In this document: positions 1-8,259 of the stretch, piece by piece
How the letters are laid out: each line of letters starts with the position of its first letter
How positions within the stretch are numbered: position 1 is the stretch's first letter
Virus record (IMG/VR): IMGVR_UViG_2562617057_000011
Span: 1 to 46,003 of that record
Reading direction: 5' to 3' (one strand)
Length of the DNA: 46,003 nucleotides
Source: a virus
Taxonomy: Duplodnaviria; Heunggongvirae; Uroviricota; Caudoviricetes
Program-made: the position numbers and the translations under genes
Notes under the pieces: model-generated
Told to the model about the DNA's origin: nothing
The model's database searches: none
Seen by the model: only the letters and a program-made list of their open reading frames with translations

Positions 1-1314
1 CTAACTCACTGATTTTAATAAGCCTCTTGTGTCACTTTGGTGACCATGGGACATCATTGGGACATAATCTGCCAGCTTCTGATTCAGCATTGCGATCTGT
101 TCTGCATTGCTGTCAGTCATCCATGCTCCGTATACATTGAACACCATCTGGGCACTTGCATGCCCCATCTGGCTGGCAATGAAGCTTGGGTTTGCTCCGG
201 CAGATAATGACCAGCACGCATAAGTGTGTCGTGACTGGTATGCTTTCCGGTGCCTGATGCCCGCACGCTTAATGGCTGTTTCCCATGAGTCGCCAATGGA
301 ATCTACCTTGTAGATAAAACCTACCTGTTTGCTTTTTCTAACCACCTGGGGGTTAAATACGAAAGTACATTCATGATTCACTGAACGTCCATATTCACGT
401 AGTTGAACCTTGATGTGGTGCTGCTTACCCAGTCTTGTCATTTCAGCCTGATTTTTCAGGACACTGATAGCGGGCTGGATAAGATGCACAACCCTGTTTG
501 TACTTGCTTCAGTTTTAGGTAGAGTGAACTCACCGAGTTTCGTATAATTGCGCCTGATAGTAATAGTTCCTGCTTTCAGATCGATATCTTCCCAGGCCAG
601 GGAGACCAGTTCACCGTGACGCATTCCTGTGTACACAGCCAATGACCACAGGTTTTTCGTCTGCTGATGTCGGCAAGCATCTATCAGGCGAATAAATTCG
701 TCACGAGTTAGCGGATCTGGCTCTGCCCTGGCTCTTTTAAGAGGCTTAATTCCCTGGAAGGGATTTGCTTCTAAGTAACCGTGATCTGCAGCAAACTGAA
801 ACATTCCAGCGATTGTCGTCATGTAATAATTTACAGTAACGACGCTCCGTCCTTTTGCTGCTGCTTTGTTTTTCGTTGAATTCTGATACCCGGTCAGCAA
901 ATCTTTCCTGATATACAGCAATTCCTCTTTGGTTACCGATGACACCAGTCTGCCGCCTCCAATTTTCGGAACCATCGTTCTTGCAACGGATTCATAGCGA
1001 TTGAATGCATTTGCAGAGATTTCCATTCGTTTCAGATCCAGCCACTTTTCTTCAAGTTCCTTCACCGTAATTTCTTTTTTACTTACCCCAAAAGCCTGAA
1101 GGTTAGGGGAGTCAGGGAACTGTGCAGCATAATCAAAGCTTCCTGTGCGGATGGCAAAACATACCGATGTCCGCAGTTCCCCGGCGATCTTCCTGTTCTT
1201 GGCAGTGTCAGGGACACCAAGATTTTCCCTGACACGTTTACCTTTAAAATTAAACCAGATGCGTAATGTGCCGCCGTGGTTTTCGACGCCTGTTGGATAT
1301 TTGACTTTATCCAT
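1..1314 (-). CDS. int: phage tyrosine integrase (site-specific recombinase), 437 aa
   Basis: Complete minus-strand ORF with stop at 1-3; C-terminal catalytic-type R, H-x-x-R and Y residues; followed by an excisionase gene as in lambdoid int-xis modules. Confidence 0.95.
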   Translation of the reverse strand: MDKVKYPTGVENHGGTLRIWFNFKGKRVRENLGVPDTAKNRKIAGELRTSVCFAIRTGSFDYAAQFPDSPNLQAFGVSKKEITVKELEEKWLDLKRMEISANAFNRYESVARTMVPKIGGGRLVSSVTKEELLYIRKDLLTGYQNSTKNKAAAKGRSVVTVNYYMTTIAGMFQFAADHGYLEANPFQGIKPLKRARAEPDPLTRDEFIRLIDACRHQQTKNLWSLAVYTGMRHGELVSLAWEDIDLKAGTITIRRNYTKLGEFTLPKTEASTNRVVHLIQPAISVLKNQAEMTRLGKQHHIKVQLREYGRSVNHECTFVFNPQVVRKSKQVGFIYKVDSIGDSWETAIKRAGIRHRKAYQSRHTYACWSLSAGANPSFIASQMGHASAQMVFNVYGAWMTDSNAEQIAMLNQKLADYVPMMSHGHQSDTRGLLKSVS

Positions 1315-1369
1315 CGATACCTCCAGACGCCCAAGAGCGATACGAGCTTACATATTTCATGATATTAAA

Positions 1370-1606
1370 TCACCTGGGTTGTTTGTTTTTCATTGAGGCG
1401 ACCCAGGCATCTATTGCTTTTCTGTTATACATACATTCACTGGAAGGCTTTGGATTACCGTCTGGTGATACGTGAATATACTCTCTTCCAACCATCCAGC
1501 ATTCTTTCCGGGCCCGAAGAATTGTGCCTGGTTTGAGCCCGGTAATTGCGATTAGAACGCTTTCACAAACCCATTCATTGGGAGCCAGTTGAATCACATT
1601 GCCCAT
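1370..1606 (-). CDS. xis: excisionase-like small DNA-binding protein, 78 aa
   Basis: Small ORF directly upstream of int on the same strand; sequence resembles enterobacterial prophage excisionases from memory. Confidence 0.75.
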   Translation of the reverse strand: MGNVIQLAPNEWVCESVLIAITGLKPGTILRARKECWMVGREYIHVSPDGNPKPSSECMYNRKAIDAWVASMKNKQPR

Positions 1607-1614
1607 GCATTACC

Positions 1615-1761
1615 TCACACAACACTCAGCCCACGGCAGTGGCACCAGACCTCAAACATTCGTTTCACAATTTCACGACAGTAGAAACCGTCAACATCTC
1701 GCGTCAGGTCGTAGCGGTTGCCGTAACGCTGGTGGACCCATAGCTCAAACGCTTTATTCAT
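1615..1761 (-). CDS. hypothetical small protein, 48 aa (below ORF-track cutoff)
   Basis: ATG at 1761 preceded by AAGGA Shine-Dalgarno; stop 1615-1617 eight nt before the xis start; translated by hand. Confidence 0.35.
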   Translation of the reverse strand: MNKAFELWVHQRYGNRYDLTRDVDGFYCREIVKRMFEVWCHCRGLSVV

Positions 1762-1764
1762 TTT

Positions 1765-2007
1765 TTACTTCCTTTGCATTGCGCGTAATTTCTTCAGGTG
1801 CTTTTCTTGTTCTGTTTCAGCCAGAATCTTGTGATATTCCAGGTGGTCAATATGCTCGAACAGGCTACTGAATTCACCGATGCGTACTCGCCCGGTACGT
1901 CCGTCCATCCTCCGAAAGAACACTGAGTGCTCAGTACTGCGAGTAATTTCTACTGGGTATCCGGCTCTGTCTGTGTATATCTGCCCGCGTTGAATCAAAG
2001 CGAACAT
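1765..2007 (-). CDS. hypothetical protein, 80 aa (ATG start; ORF track extends to a TTG at 2043)
   Basis: ORF-track ORF 1765..2043; internal ATG at 2007 has a GGGGA Shine-Dalgarno 8 nt upstream. Confidence 0.5.
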   Translation of the reverse strand: MFALIQRGQIYTDRAGYPVEITRSTEHSVFFRRMDGRTGRVRIGEFSSLFEHIDHLEYHKILAETEQEKHLKKLRAMQRK

Positions 2008-2011
2008 GTGG

Positions 2012-2095
2012 TTATCCCCATCGACAAATCGAGTACACAACAAACGCTACTGCGAATACCATCCCCAGAGTTACGATTGCATCAGGCCAGCTCAT
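2012..2095 (-). CDS. possible 27-aa hydrophobic peptide (MSWPDAIVTLGMVFAVAFVVYSICRWG)
   Basis: ATG at 2095 preceded by GGAGGTG; single predicted transmembrane stretch; stop lies 4 nt before the next ATG. Confidence 0.3.
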   Translation of the reverse strand: MSWPDAIVTLGMVFAVAFVVYSICRWG

Positions 2096-2130
2096 TGATT
2101 CACCTCCTGCGGCGTCCTGGTATTCGATTT

Positions 2131-2700
2131 TCATTCCGGATGCTCCTGAGCCACGTTGAAATCGCCATGATCACGACAAGGCATCACAACAAATTCAGGA
2201 TTGCCATACATTGAGTTGATGATGGAATCAAACTGAATTCTGACCGCTTGCCCGTCACCGGAGGGACGTAACTGGACGGGAATAAATTTACGCTCACGAC
2301 CAAACATCTTCTCTGGATAACTCAGGTAACCCGCCTGGAGCACCGGGTGAGTACAGCGGTCAAACTTTTTCGGAATGATGCGATCCAAATCCGGAAAACA
2401 ACCGTCCACCAGTTTAATGCCGGTAATGGACAGTCGTCGCTGAAACTGGTCGCGATGAACAGCGATCGGCTCTTTACTAAAAATCAGCTCTGTCGTTTCG
2501 GCTTTGGCCGGGACGCCCCCTTCGAACTGGACAATGATGTTTTTCTTCGTCCGGATGCCGTGAGCCATGCGCAGTGCCACGGAACCATTGGTTGCCTCAA
2601 TATGTTTCGGCGTGATGTGAAGACCGTTCAGGTAATAACGAACGTCGTTTTTAGCAGCGCACACCAGAGCGGCGCGAATAAGTTTTGACTGGATGATCAT
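2131..2700 (-). CDS. truncated DNA polymerase III beta sliding-clamp (DnaN) homolog, 189 aa
   Basis: Motifs DVRYYLNG, ATNG, KLVDGCFPD..RIIPK and C-terminal FVVMP match E. coli DnaN domains II/III as recalled; ATGA start overlap with the upstream gene. Confidence 0.75.
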   Translation of the reverse strand: MIIQSKLIRAALVCAAKNDVRYYLNGLHITPKHIEATNGSVALRMAHGIRTKKNIIVQFEGGVPAKAETTELIFSKEPIAVHRDQFQRRLSITGIKLVDGCFPDLDRIIPKKFDRCTHPVLQAGYLSYPEKMFGRERKFIPVQLRPSGDGQAVRIQFDSIINSMYGNPEFVVMPCRDHGDFNVAQEHPE

Positions 2701-3446
2701 GCTTTATCCTCCCATCCGATCACCTGGAAAAGCCCCATCTTCGGGTGATACCAGCGTGTGCCGCGTGGTTCAGCCTCTGACATCATTTGGTGGAACGCCG
2801 CCATAAATGGCTCAAGCTCGACGATAGCCCTGCGAGACAACAGACCGTCCGGAGTCATGAATTCGTGGGTGTCTGTAGGAATTTGATATGCGTTCACCAG
2901 ATTCCGACACTTGGCGTCACTCATTCCACTTTTGGCTACCACCTGGCGGTAACCGACATATCCGGCGCGCATTGTGCCGCGTTTGATGTTCTCCACAGCT
3001 TTGGTGACCGTTTCGATCTTCTTTTCAACATGACTCAGGCGCTTTTGCTGGCGAACGGCATCGGCGGCCATTGCAGCGATCATCTCCATTTCCGTCAGCG
3101 GCGCGTGAGTTCGGAAATAGCTGTTAACCAGTTCGCGCTGAACCTGCCAGGCCAGATCGTCGGTGAAGGATTTCACCAACATCAAATAACCGGATTCGAC
3201 CAGTACAATTCCTGCTGCTGCAAATTTTGAGAAAGTACCGTCAGGGAGGTGTCGACGAATTTCGTCGGAACCTAATTCGAAGTAGTCTTCCCCTTCAATA
3301 AGACGAGACTTGTTTTCGCGGAAATTGCGTCCCGCTGTTCCGTCCGGGCGTTGGTGCACTTCATCAATCATCGCCAGCGTCACCATGCGCTGACCGCGAT
3401 ATTCGATTACCGGAAACTGTTTGTTGTTGATGGTTACAGTATTCAT
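2697..3446 (-). CDS. KilA-N/ORF6N-domain antirepressor-like protein, 249 aa
   Basis: ATG at 3446 with GGAGA Shine-Dalgarno; N-terminal ORF6N/KilA-N-like region; C-terminal ~130 aa paralogous to the C-terminus of the Rha protein at 9715-10428. Confidence 0.8.
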   Translation of the reverse strand: MNTVTINNKQFPVIEYRGQRMVTLAMIDEVHQRPDGTAGRNFRENKSRLIEGEDYFELGSDEIRRHLPDGTFSKFAAAGIVLVESGYLMLVKSFTDDLAWQVQRELVNSYFRTHAPLTEMEMIAAMAADAVRQQKRLSHVEKKIETVTKAVENIKRGTMRAGYVGYRQVVAKSGMSDAKCRNLVNAYQIPTDTHEFMTPDGLLSRRAIVELEPFMAAFHQMMSEAEPRGTRWYHPKMGLFQVIGWEDKA

Positions 3447-3489
3447 TTTTATCTCCAGACAGCCCGGCGTGTAATACCGGGCATATGTA

Positions 3490-4320
3490 TTACTTAACCT
3501 GAATAAATGGTGTGTTGGCACCGCTGGTCATGTACTGCGGCAGTGTGCCGTTCCATTTATTGATGGCTTCCAGCTCCATAACACCGGGGTTCTGGCGCAG
3601 AGCTTCACCGCGTAAACGAATTGCATCGGCTTCGGCCTGGGCTTTTGTGCGAATCGCATCAGCCTGTCCGGCAGCTTCTGCACGCAGCATGTTGGCTTCT
3701 GCTTCGCGTTGTTTAACTTCCTGCTCGCGTTGCAGTGTTTTCTGGTTTGCCGTGACTTTGGCGTTAATGCTGTCGATAACGGTTGGTGGGTACTCTGGCT
3801 TACCCACATATGAGAGGCTCATTACCTGAATACCGATGGGTGTCATTTCTTCCTGGATGTCTTTTAGAGCGGCATCCAGTAATTCAGATTTACCGCCGTC
3901 AATAAATTTGTCGGTGGTCATTTTGCTGGCCAGCCGATTGAGTGCGTCGGCGATCTTCTGGCGCAGGTCGGTGTTGGTAATGTCATCCACGCCTTTGCGG
4001 TAAGTCTGAAACACCGTGGTAACTTTGGATGGATCAACTTTGTAGGCCACGCCGATGTGATAGCCGATGGTTGTGCCGTCACTCATCTGGAAACTGAACG
4101 GTTCATCGTAGGTCTTCATTTGCTTGAAGGTCGGGAAAATGTAAACTTCAGTATTCCAGCCAGTCCAGTAGCGACCAACACCGACCACTTCACCGACACC
4201 TTTGTCGTCGCCCAGTTTGTTGACTTTGATACCCACATTACCTGGTTCAACGCGATCGCAACCTACAAGTCCGAAGACAGCCAGACTGACCGCGAAAACA
4301 AGCGCAATTGTTTTTTTCAT
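3490..4320 (-). CDS. SPFH/band-7 (prohibitin-family) lipoprotein with coiled-coil C-terminus, 276 aa
   Basis: Signal peptide with lipobox LVGC; SPFH-like core; Ala/Gln/Glu/Arg-rich coiled-coil tail; ATGA overlap with the upstream small membrane ORF. Confidence 0.85.
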   Translation of the reverse strand: MKKTIALVFAVSLAVFGLVGCDRVEPGNVGIKVNKLGDDKGVGEVVGVGRYWTGWNTEVYIFPTFKQMKTYDEPFSFQMSDGTTIGYHIGVAYKVDPSKVTTVFQTYRKGVDDITNTDLRQKIADALNRLASKMTTDKFIDGGKSELLDAALKDIQEEMTPIGIQVMSLSYVGKPEYPPTVIDSINAKVTANQKTLQREQEVKQREAEANMLRAEAAGQADAIRTKAQAEADAIRLRGEALRQNPGVMELEAINKWNGTLPQYMTSGANTPFIQVK

Positions 4321-4505
4321 TTTTCCCTCCCGGGGAAAGAAAGACCCTTATAAATGGCATAAATGCAGGGCGGGGTCAGACACGCCAGAGCAAAGCCAGA
4401 AATCACTGCTACCGTATCCTTCATTGATATGAGGGCCGGAACGATTAATCCGTAAATACATGCGATAATTGCCAGTGATATAACTATTCTGAAATAAATG
4501 TTCAT
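4317..4505 (-). CDS. small two-helix membrane protein, 62 aa (ORF track extends to 4538 inside the IS end)
   Basis: Two hydrophobic segments; ATG at 4505 is exactly at the IS target-site duplication; translationally coupled to the SPFH gene. Confidence 0.5.
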   Translation of the reverse strand: MNIYFRIVISLAIIACIYGLIVPALISMKDTVAVISGFALACLTPPCIYAIYKGLSFPGREK

Positions 4506-4549
4506 GTGAGGTGTACTGGCAATAGCGGACACTACCATTTGTTCTTTTT

Positions 4550-5368
4550 TTAAGCAGCCATCTGATGATATTTTTCCCTGAAGGCTGCCGGGGAGATATT
4601 CCCCAGACGAGAGTGACGACGCTGACGATTGTAGAAAATCTCAATGTATTCCCGTATTACTGAGATGGCTTCATCCCGGTTATTAAAACGATAGTGGCTC
4701 AGGCTCTCATTTTTCAGCGTTCCCCAGAAGCTTTCCATCGGAGCGTTGTCGTAACAGTTACCTTTACGCGACATTGATGTTTTCAGACCAAACTGCTCCT
4801 GTATGACCCGGTAATCGTATGCGCAGTACTGTGAACCTCGATCAGAGTGGTGGATTAGCCCGGCAGGTGGGCGCTGGCTCCTGAGCGCCATAAACAGGGC
4901 TTTACCTGTCAGCTCTTTTGTCATGCGCTCTCCCATGGCGTAGCCGACAATTTCGCACGTATAAACATCTTTGATGCCAGCGAGGTACAACCATCCCTCC
5001 TGTGTGGCAACATACGTCAGGTCCGCCACCCAGACCTGATTTGGTGCTGTAGGAGCGAACGTCTGGTTCAGCAGATTTGGCGCAACTGGCAGATTGTGGT
5101 TCGAGTTCGTAGTCGCTCTGAACTTGCGTTTCTGCTTACAGCGTAGCCTTAGCTCCTTACGAAGACGTGCCAGTCGGTCACGACCAACGATGATGCCATT
5201 CTCTGCCAGCTCCGTCTGGAGCCGCCGGGTTCCATATGTTTCGCGAGTGCGGATATGTGCCACCTTAATCTCCAGTTTTAGCCGCTCATCACTTTGTTTT
5301 CTGTCTGAGGGTTCATGCTGTACCCAGTTGTAATAACCGCTCCTGGATACACCAAATACCTGACACAT
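4550..5368 (-). CDS. IS3-family transposase OrfB (integrase core; made as OrfAB by -1 frameshift)
   Basis: DDE-type integrase-like sequence typical of IS3-family OrfB; overlaps the orfA reading frame. Confidence 0.9.
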   Translation of the reverse strand: MCQVFGVSRSGYYNWVQHEPSDRKQSDERLKLEIKVAHIRTRETYGTRRLQTELAENGIIVGRDRLARLRKELRLRCKQKRKFRATTNSNHNLPVAPNLLNQTFAPTAPNQVWVADLTYVATQEGWLYLAGIKDVYTCEIVGYAMGERMTKELTGKALFMALRSQRPPAGLIHHSDRGSQYCAYDYRVIQEQFGLKTSMSRKGNCYDNAPMESFWGTLKNESLSHYRFNNRDEAISVIREYIEIFYNRQRRHSRLGNISPAAFREKYHQMAA

Positions 5369-5403
5369 CGCTTCAATGGGAAATTGTTGTCGCCATTGTT
5401 CGA

Positions 5404-5706
5404 TTAACGCGTATTTTTCAGCGACTCCTGTGCAAAATACGCTGTTGCTTTTTTTAATATATCTCGCTCAAGGCGAGCTTCATTTAACGCCTTACGCAGT
5501 TGCAGAATTTCAGATTCCAGTTCAGCCACCGTGCGGGAACCAGGAGTACCGAGCCCTTTTCTGGCGGCGGTAACCCATTGTCCTAAAGTGCCTTCAGGAA
5601 GGGATAATCGGGAAGCGCCTTCACTGATCGAAAGTTGATTTTCAAGAACCGTTCTGACAGCTTCGGCTTTGAACTCTTTAGAGTAACGTTGGGTTTTTCT
5701 GCTCAT
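5404..5706 (-). CDS. IS3-family transposase OrfA (HTH and leucine-zipper part)
   Basis: 100-aa ORF with HTH and heptad-Leu region typical of IS3-family OrfA. Confidence 0.9.
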   Translation of the reverse strand: MSRKTQRYSKEFKAEAVRTVLENQLSISEGASRLSLPEGTLGQWVTAARKGLGTPGSRTVAELESEILQLRKALNEARLERDILKKATAYFAQESLKNTR

Positions 5707-5832
5707 TATTAGCTCCTTCTGATGCCATTCTATTTCAGGAAGGAGTGTCCGTTAAACTCAGGCTACCTCAATGGTCCTCTTGATGTATTCGGCTTGCCTT
5801 ATTTAATTGCGTCATGGTTAATTTCGTTTACG

Positions 5833-6225
5833 TCAGAATGGTTTTGTTGCCATCAGTTCGTAATATCCGGCGCTCCATGTGTCATATTTTCTGAACCATT
5901 TTTCTGTATACTGTTTCCTGGCGATGAGTCTGCGCAGTCGTCTGATTGTTCGCTGGTGTGCGCGGGTATACTCTGTGGTTGATTCTCCACGTTTCCATAT
6001 CTCATTCCCGTTGAAGATAAAACGCTTGTCAGGATGGCGTTGTCGGAATCCTGAACGTTCAAAAGCGCGGGTGGTCATAAAGAATGCCAGGTAACGAATT
6101 GCCGTTTTTCGGGTGAGGCATTTTTTTGTTCTTCCGTGGCGTGTTACAAAAAATAACGGGCCGACGGGTGTATCATGTTTCTGTAATGCCTGGTCAATGG
6201 CGCTGGCGGTGCGGTTGTCGATCAT
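5833..6225 (-). CDS. hypothetical basic protein, 130 aa
   Basis: ORF with ATGA overlap to the upstream gene; Arg/Lys-rich; no family recognised. Confidence 0.55.
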   Translation of the reverse strand: MIDNRTASAIDQALQKHDTPVGPLFFVTRHGRTKKCLTRKTAIRYLAFFMTTRAFERSGFRQRHPDKRFIFNGNEIWKRGESTTEYTRAHQRTIRRLRRLIARKQYTEKWFRKYDTWSAGYYELMATKPF

Positions 6226-6440
6226 TTCTTTATTTCCCCCGAATAACGTTCATGACTCATTACTTCCCAGTTCCGGCCGTCGTCTTTCGATAACAGCCGC
6301 CAGCGACGGTTAACCTTCAGACTGAGATATCCGTTGCGCTGTATCCGATGCGGGAATATACATCGGCATCTGTACCGCCGCAGGACCAGCAACGCCTGCT
6401 GGTGGACCCACTCAGGAATTCGTGTTGCTGTTAATGTCAC
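6222..6440 (-). CDS. hypothetical protein, 72 aa (start uncertain)
   Basis: ORF in an operon-like array; its 5' end overlaps the upstream gene by 29 nt, so the true start may differ. Confidence 0.35.
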   Translation of the reverse strand: MTLTATRIPEWVHQQALLVLRRYRCRCIFPHRIQRNGYLSLKVNRRWRLLSKDDGRNWEVMSHERYSGEIKK

Positions 6441-6627
6441 TGGTTTCCTCCTGAGCAGGTGCTGTTATCTGATACCCCGCTCTTTCTGCCAGCCATATGA
6501 ATGTATCCATGCTGGCAATCAGCTCTCCATCGCGGACTTTGCAGACATCTGTTACCTGGCCATTTTCAATTGTCATAACGATCTGCACTTTTTCGTGCAC
6601 AACAGATACAGGGGATAAATTAGCCAT
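6412..6627 (-). CDS. hypothetical protein, 71 aa
   Basis: ATG at 6627 overlaps the upstream stop (TGATG); GGAGG Shine-Dalgarno. Confidence 0.5.
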   Translation of the reverse strand: MANLSPVSVVHEKVQIVMTIENGQVTDVCKVRDGELIASMDTFIWLAERAGYQITAPAQEETSDINSNTNS

Positions 6628-6986
6628 CAGTTAATTCCTCCGCTGATATATTTTTCTTTCGCGTAATCAATAACCTCTTGTAAAAGGTTGTCTATAATTA
6701 ACTTTCCGGTTTCAGCCTGGTATTCAGTATGTTGATTAATCCCGATAGCATTCTGGTATGCAGTTCGGATTTCTGTTTCACCCTCCACTCGACCCAATTC
6801 ACCACGGGTAATACCTTCAAAGCGCAACAGCAACTGGTTTATAAACTGTTCTGTTATTTCTATGGTCGTAATGTTCCCATCCAGAAGGTCAACAATAAGC
6901 AGATCACCACCTGTTTTACGTTTTATTCGATGGAGTGCCGCAACAGCTATACGGCGACGATATGTATTAATGGGTTCATGTGTCAT
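6627..6986 (-). CDS. hypothetical protein, 119 aa
   Basis: ORF in the same array; start immediately after a 37-codon upstream ORF. Confidence 0.55.
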   Translation of the reverse strand: MTHEPINTYRRRIAVAALHRIKRKTGGDLLIVDLLDGNITTIEITEQFINQLLLRFEGITRGELGRVEGETEIRTAYQNAIGINQHTEYQAETGKLIIDNLLQEVIDYAKEKYISGGIN

Positions 6987-6989
6987 TTG

Positions 6990-7103
6990 TTATTTCCCGT
7001 ATGCTTTACGCAGAAATAAGCAGGCAATATGCATGTAATTTTCACCGTATTGTGCAATAAGGCTGGCGGTCTTGTGTGATGCCATATTCTTTATAAAAGT
7101 CAT
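6990..7103 (-). CDS. possible 37-aa small protein (below ORF-track cutoff)
   Basis: ATG at 7103 with AGGAGG Shine-Dalgarno 7 nt upstream; stop 6990-6992 sits 3 nt before the next start. Confidence 0.3.
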   Translation of the reverse strand: MTFIKNMASHKTASLIAQYGENYMHIACLFLRKAYGK

Positions 7104-7318
7104 AATAAAGCCTCCTGTGGATTAAGGTTGTAACAATCCCCGGCGATAAAACCGCAATAAACGTTCAGGGCATATTTGTTGTTATTGCGCTAATTCTTTT
7201 TCAACAGCGGCTTTTGCATATTCACATGCAAAATTCAGAATTTCACTGCCAAGTGTTTTTGTTTCGTTATTACTGGACGTATGTAACACCTGTGTTGCAT
7301 GCAATAAATGATAAACAT

Positions 7319-7531
7319 TTACCGCAAATGAATCAGGCTCCAATCATCTTGCTGTGAGGTTGTTTCTGTCATTGCTCCTGAAGTACATGCGAGCCTGTTT
7401 TTGACAATTCTCTTTCCTCTAATCACTATATCGGCAACATCTATTGCCTTTACAACCTCCGGGAGAAGTTCCTGGTTTGTATAATCAAAGTTATCAACAT
7501 GGAGAACAGTTATGTTTTCGAACTTTTTCAT
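7319..7531 (-). CDS. hypothetical protein, 70 aa
   Basis: ATG at 7531 with GAGGA Shine-Dalgarno; AT-rich surroundings. Confidence 0.5.
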   Translation of the reverse strand: MKKFENITVLHVDNFDYTNQELLPEVVKAIDVADIVIRGKRIVKNRLACTSGAMTETTSQQDDWSLIHLR

Positions 7532-7659
7532 GGCTTCCTCAGCTGACTTATATGTTCTGCTATATAGCGAGTCTCAGAAGTGTTTTCATATTGAGACTGT
7601 TTCCGCAATGATTGATAAAAATGTTCGCATGTACCTTGAGGGGCGAAGCGGCGATTATG

Positions 7660-8163
7660 TCACCATTGGTATTGGTTCTTCCGTAGAAGAGCTTCGCGAG
7701 ATAAGGAGCAAACTTGTTGAGATGCGTTATGGTGTTGCTGCTCCTCACTTTTTGGTTGCACCGGAGGAGTAACCGCGCCAGTTAACAGCCACATCGGATC
7801 GCAGCCAAGAATATTTGCCAGTGGGATAAGCATACTGATAGTTGGTTCATACTCTCCGCTCTCCCACTGGATGATGACTTCTTCATCGAGATCGAGCAGC
7901 CTGGCGAGTTCGGCGGTTGTTAAGCCGCAGGCTTCGCGTTGGGTGCGAAGACGGTTGTTGATTGCAGAATTTTTGTTCTGTAAAAGCATTGCTGACGATA
8001 GCTTTCTGGATATGCTATTTGTCATATCCCATGCCAGTCCTGCGCATGACTCTATATCGCTAGAGAGCGTAGCATCTGGTGTTGCTTTTGCTATTAGTGT
8101 AATGAGGCTGCCGAGGTTTTTCAGTTCTTCGAGACAGTCAAGAGTTGTAGCTTTATTGATCAT
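7660..8163 (-). CDS. XRE-family HTH DNA-binding protein, 167 aa, first gene leftward of the OL-like operators
   Basis: Cro/C1-type HTH motif (LTTAELARLLDLDEEVIIQWESGE...) in the central part; start abuts the operator region. Confidence 0.65.
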   Translation of the reverse strand: MINKATTLDCLEELKNLGSLITLIAKATPDATLSSDIESCAGLAWDMTNSISRKLSSAMLLQNKNSAINNRLRTQREACGLTTAELARLLDLDEEVIIQWESGEYEPTISMLIPLANILGCDPMWLLTGAVTPPVQPKSEEQQHHNASQQVCSLSREALLRKNQYQW

Positions 8164-8205
8164 GAGATGATACCCCAGTTACGAACTTTGTTTCATGGTA
8201 ACTAA

Positions 8206-8242
8206 GGTATCAAAGCATGGCAAGTAGTTTTTGATACTTTGG
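8206..8242. promoter_or_regulatory. OL-like operator region with repeated TTGATACTTTGG motif
   Basis: TTGATACTTTGG at 8231-8242 and an inverted copy GGTATCAAAG at 8206-8215 just downstream of cI; the same motif recurs upstream of cI. Confidence 0.5.
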
Positions 8243-8259
8243 TTTCTTTTTGTATCTGG

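Larger units (their letters stand above)
4507..5770 (-). mobile_element. IS3-family insertion sequence, 1264 bp, complete (IS600-like by length and OrfA sequence, tentative)
   Basis: Imperfect terminal inverted repeats starting TGAGGT (4507-4536 vs reverse complement of 5741-5770, shared CGGACACT core); 3-bp direct repeat ATG at 4504-4506 and 5771-5773; orfA/orfB pair with A-AAA-AAG-type slippery run near 5447-5455. Confidence 0.9.

Noticed and set aside
4348-4644. 98-aa minus-strand ORF spanning the left IS junction
   Set aside because: Chimeric frame crossing the IS terminal repeat, overlapping the transposase and membrane-protein frames.
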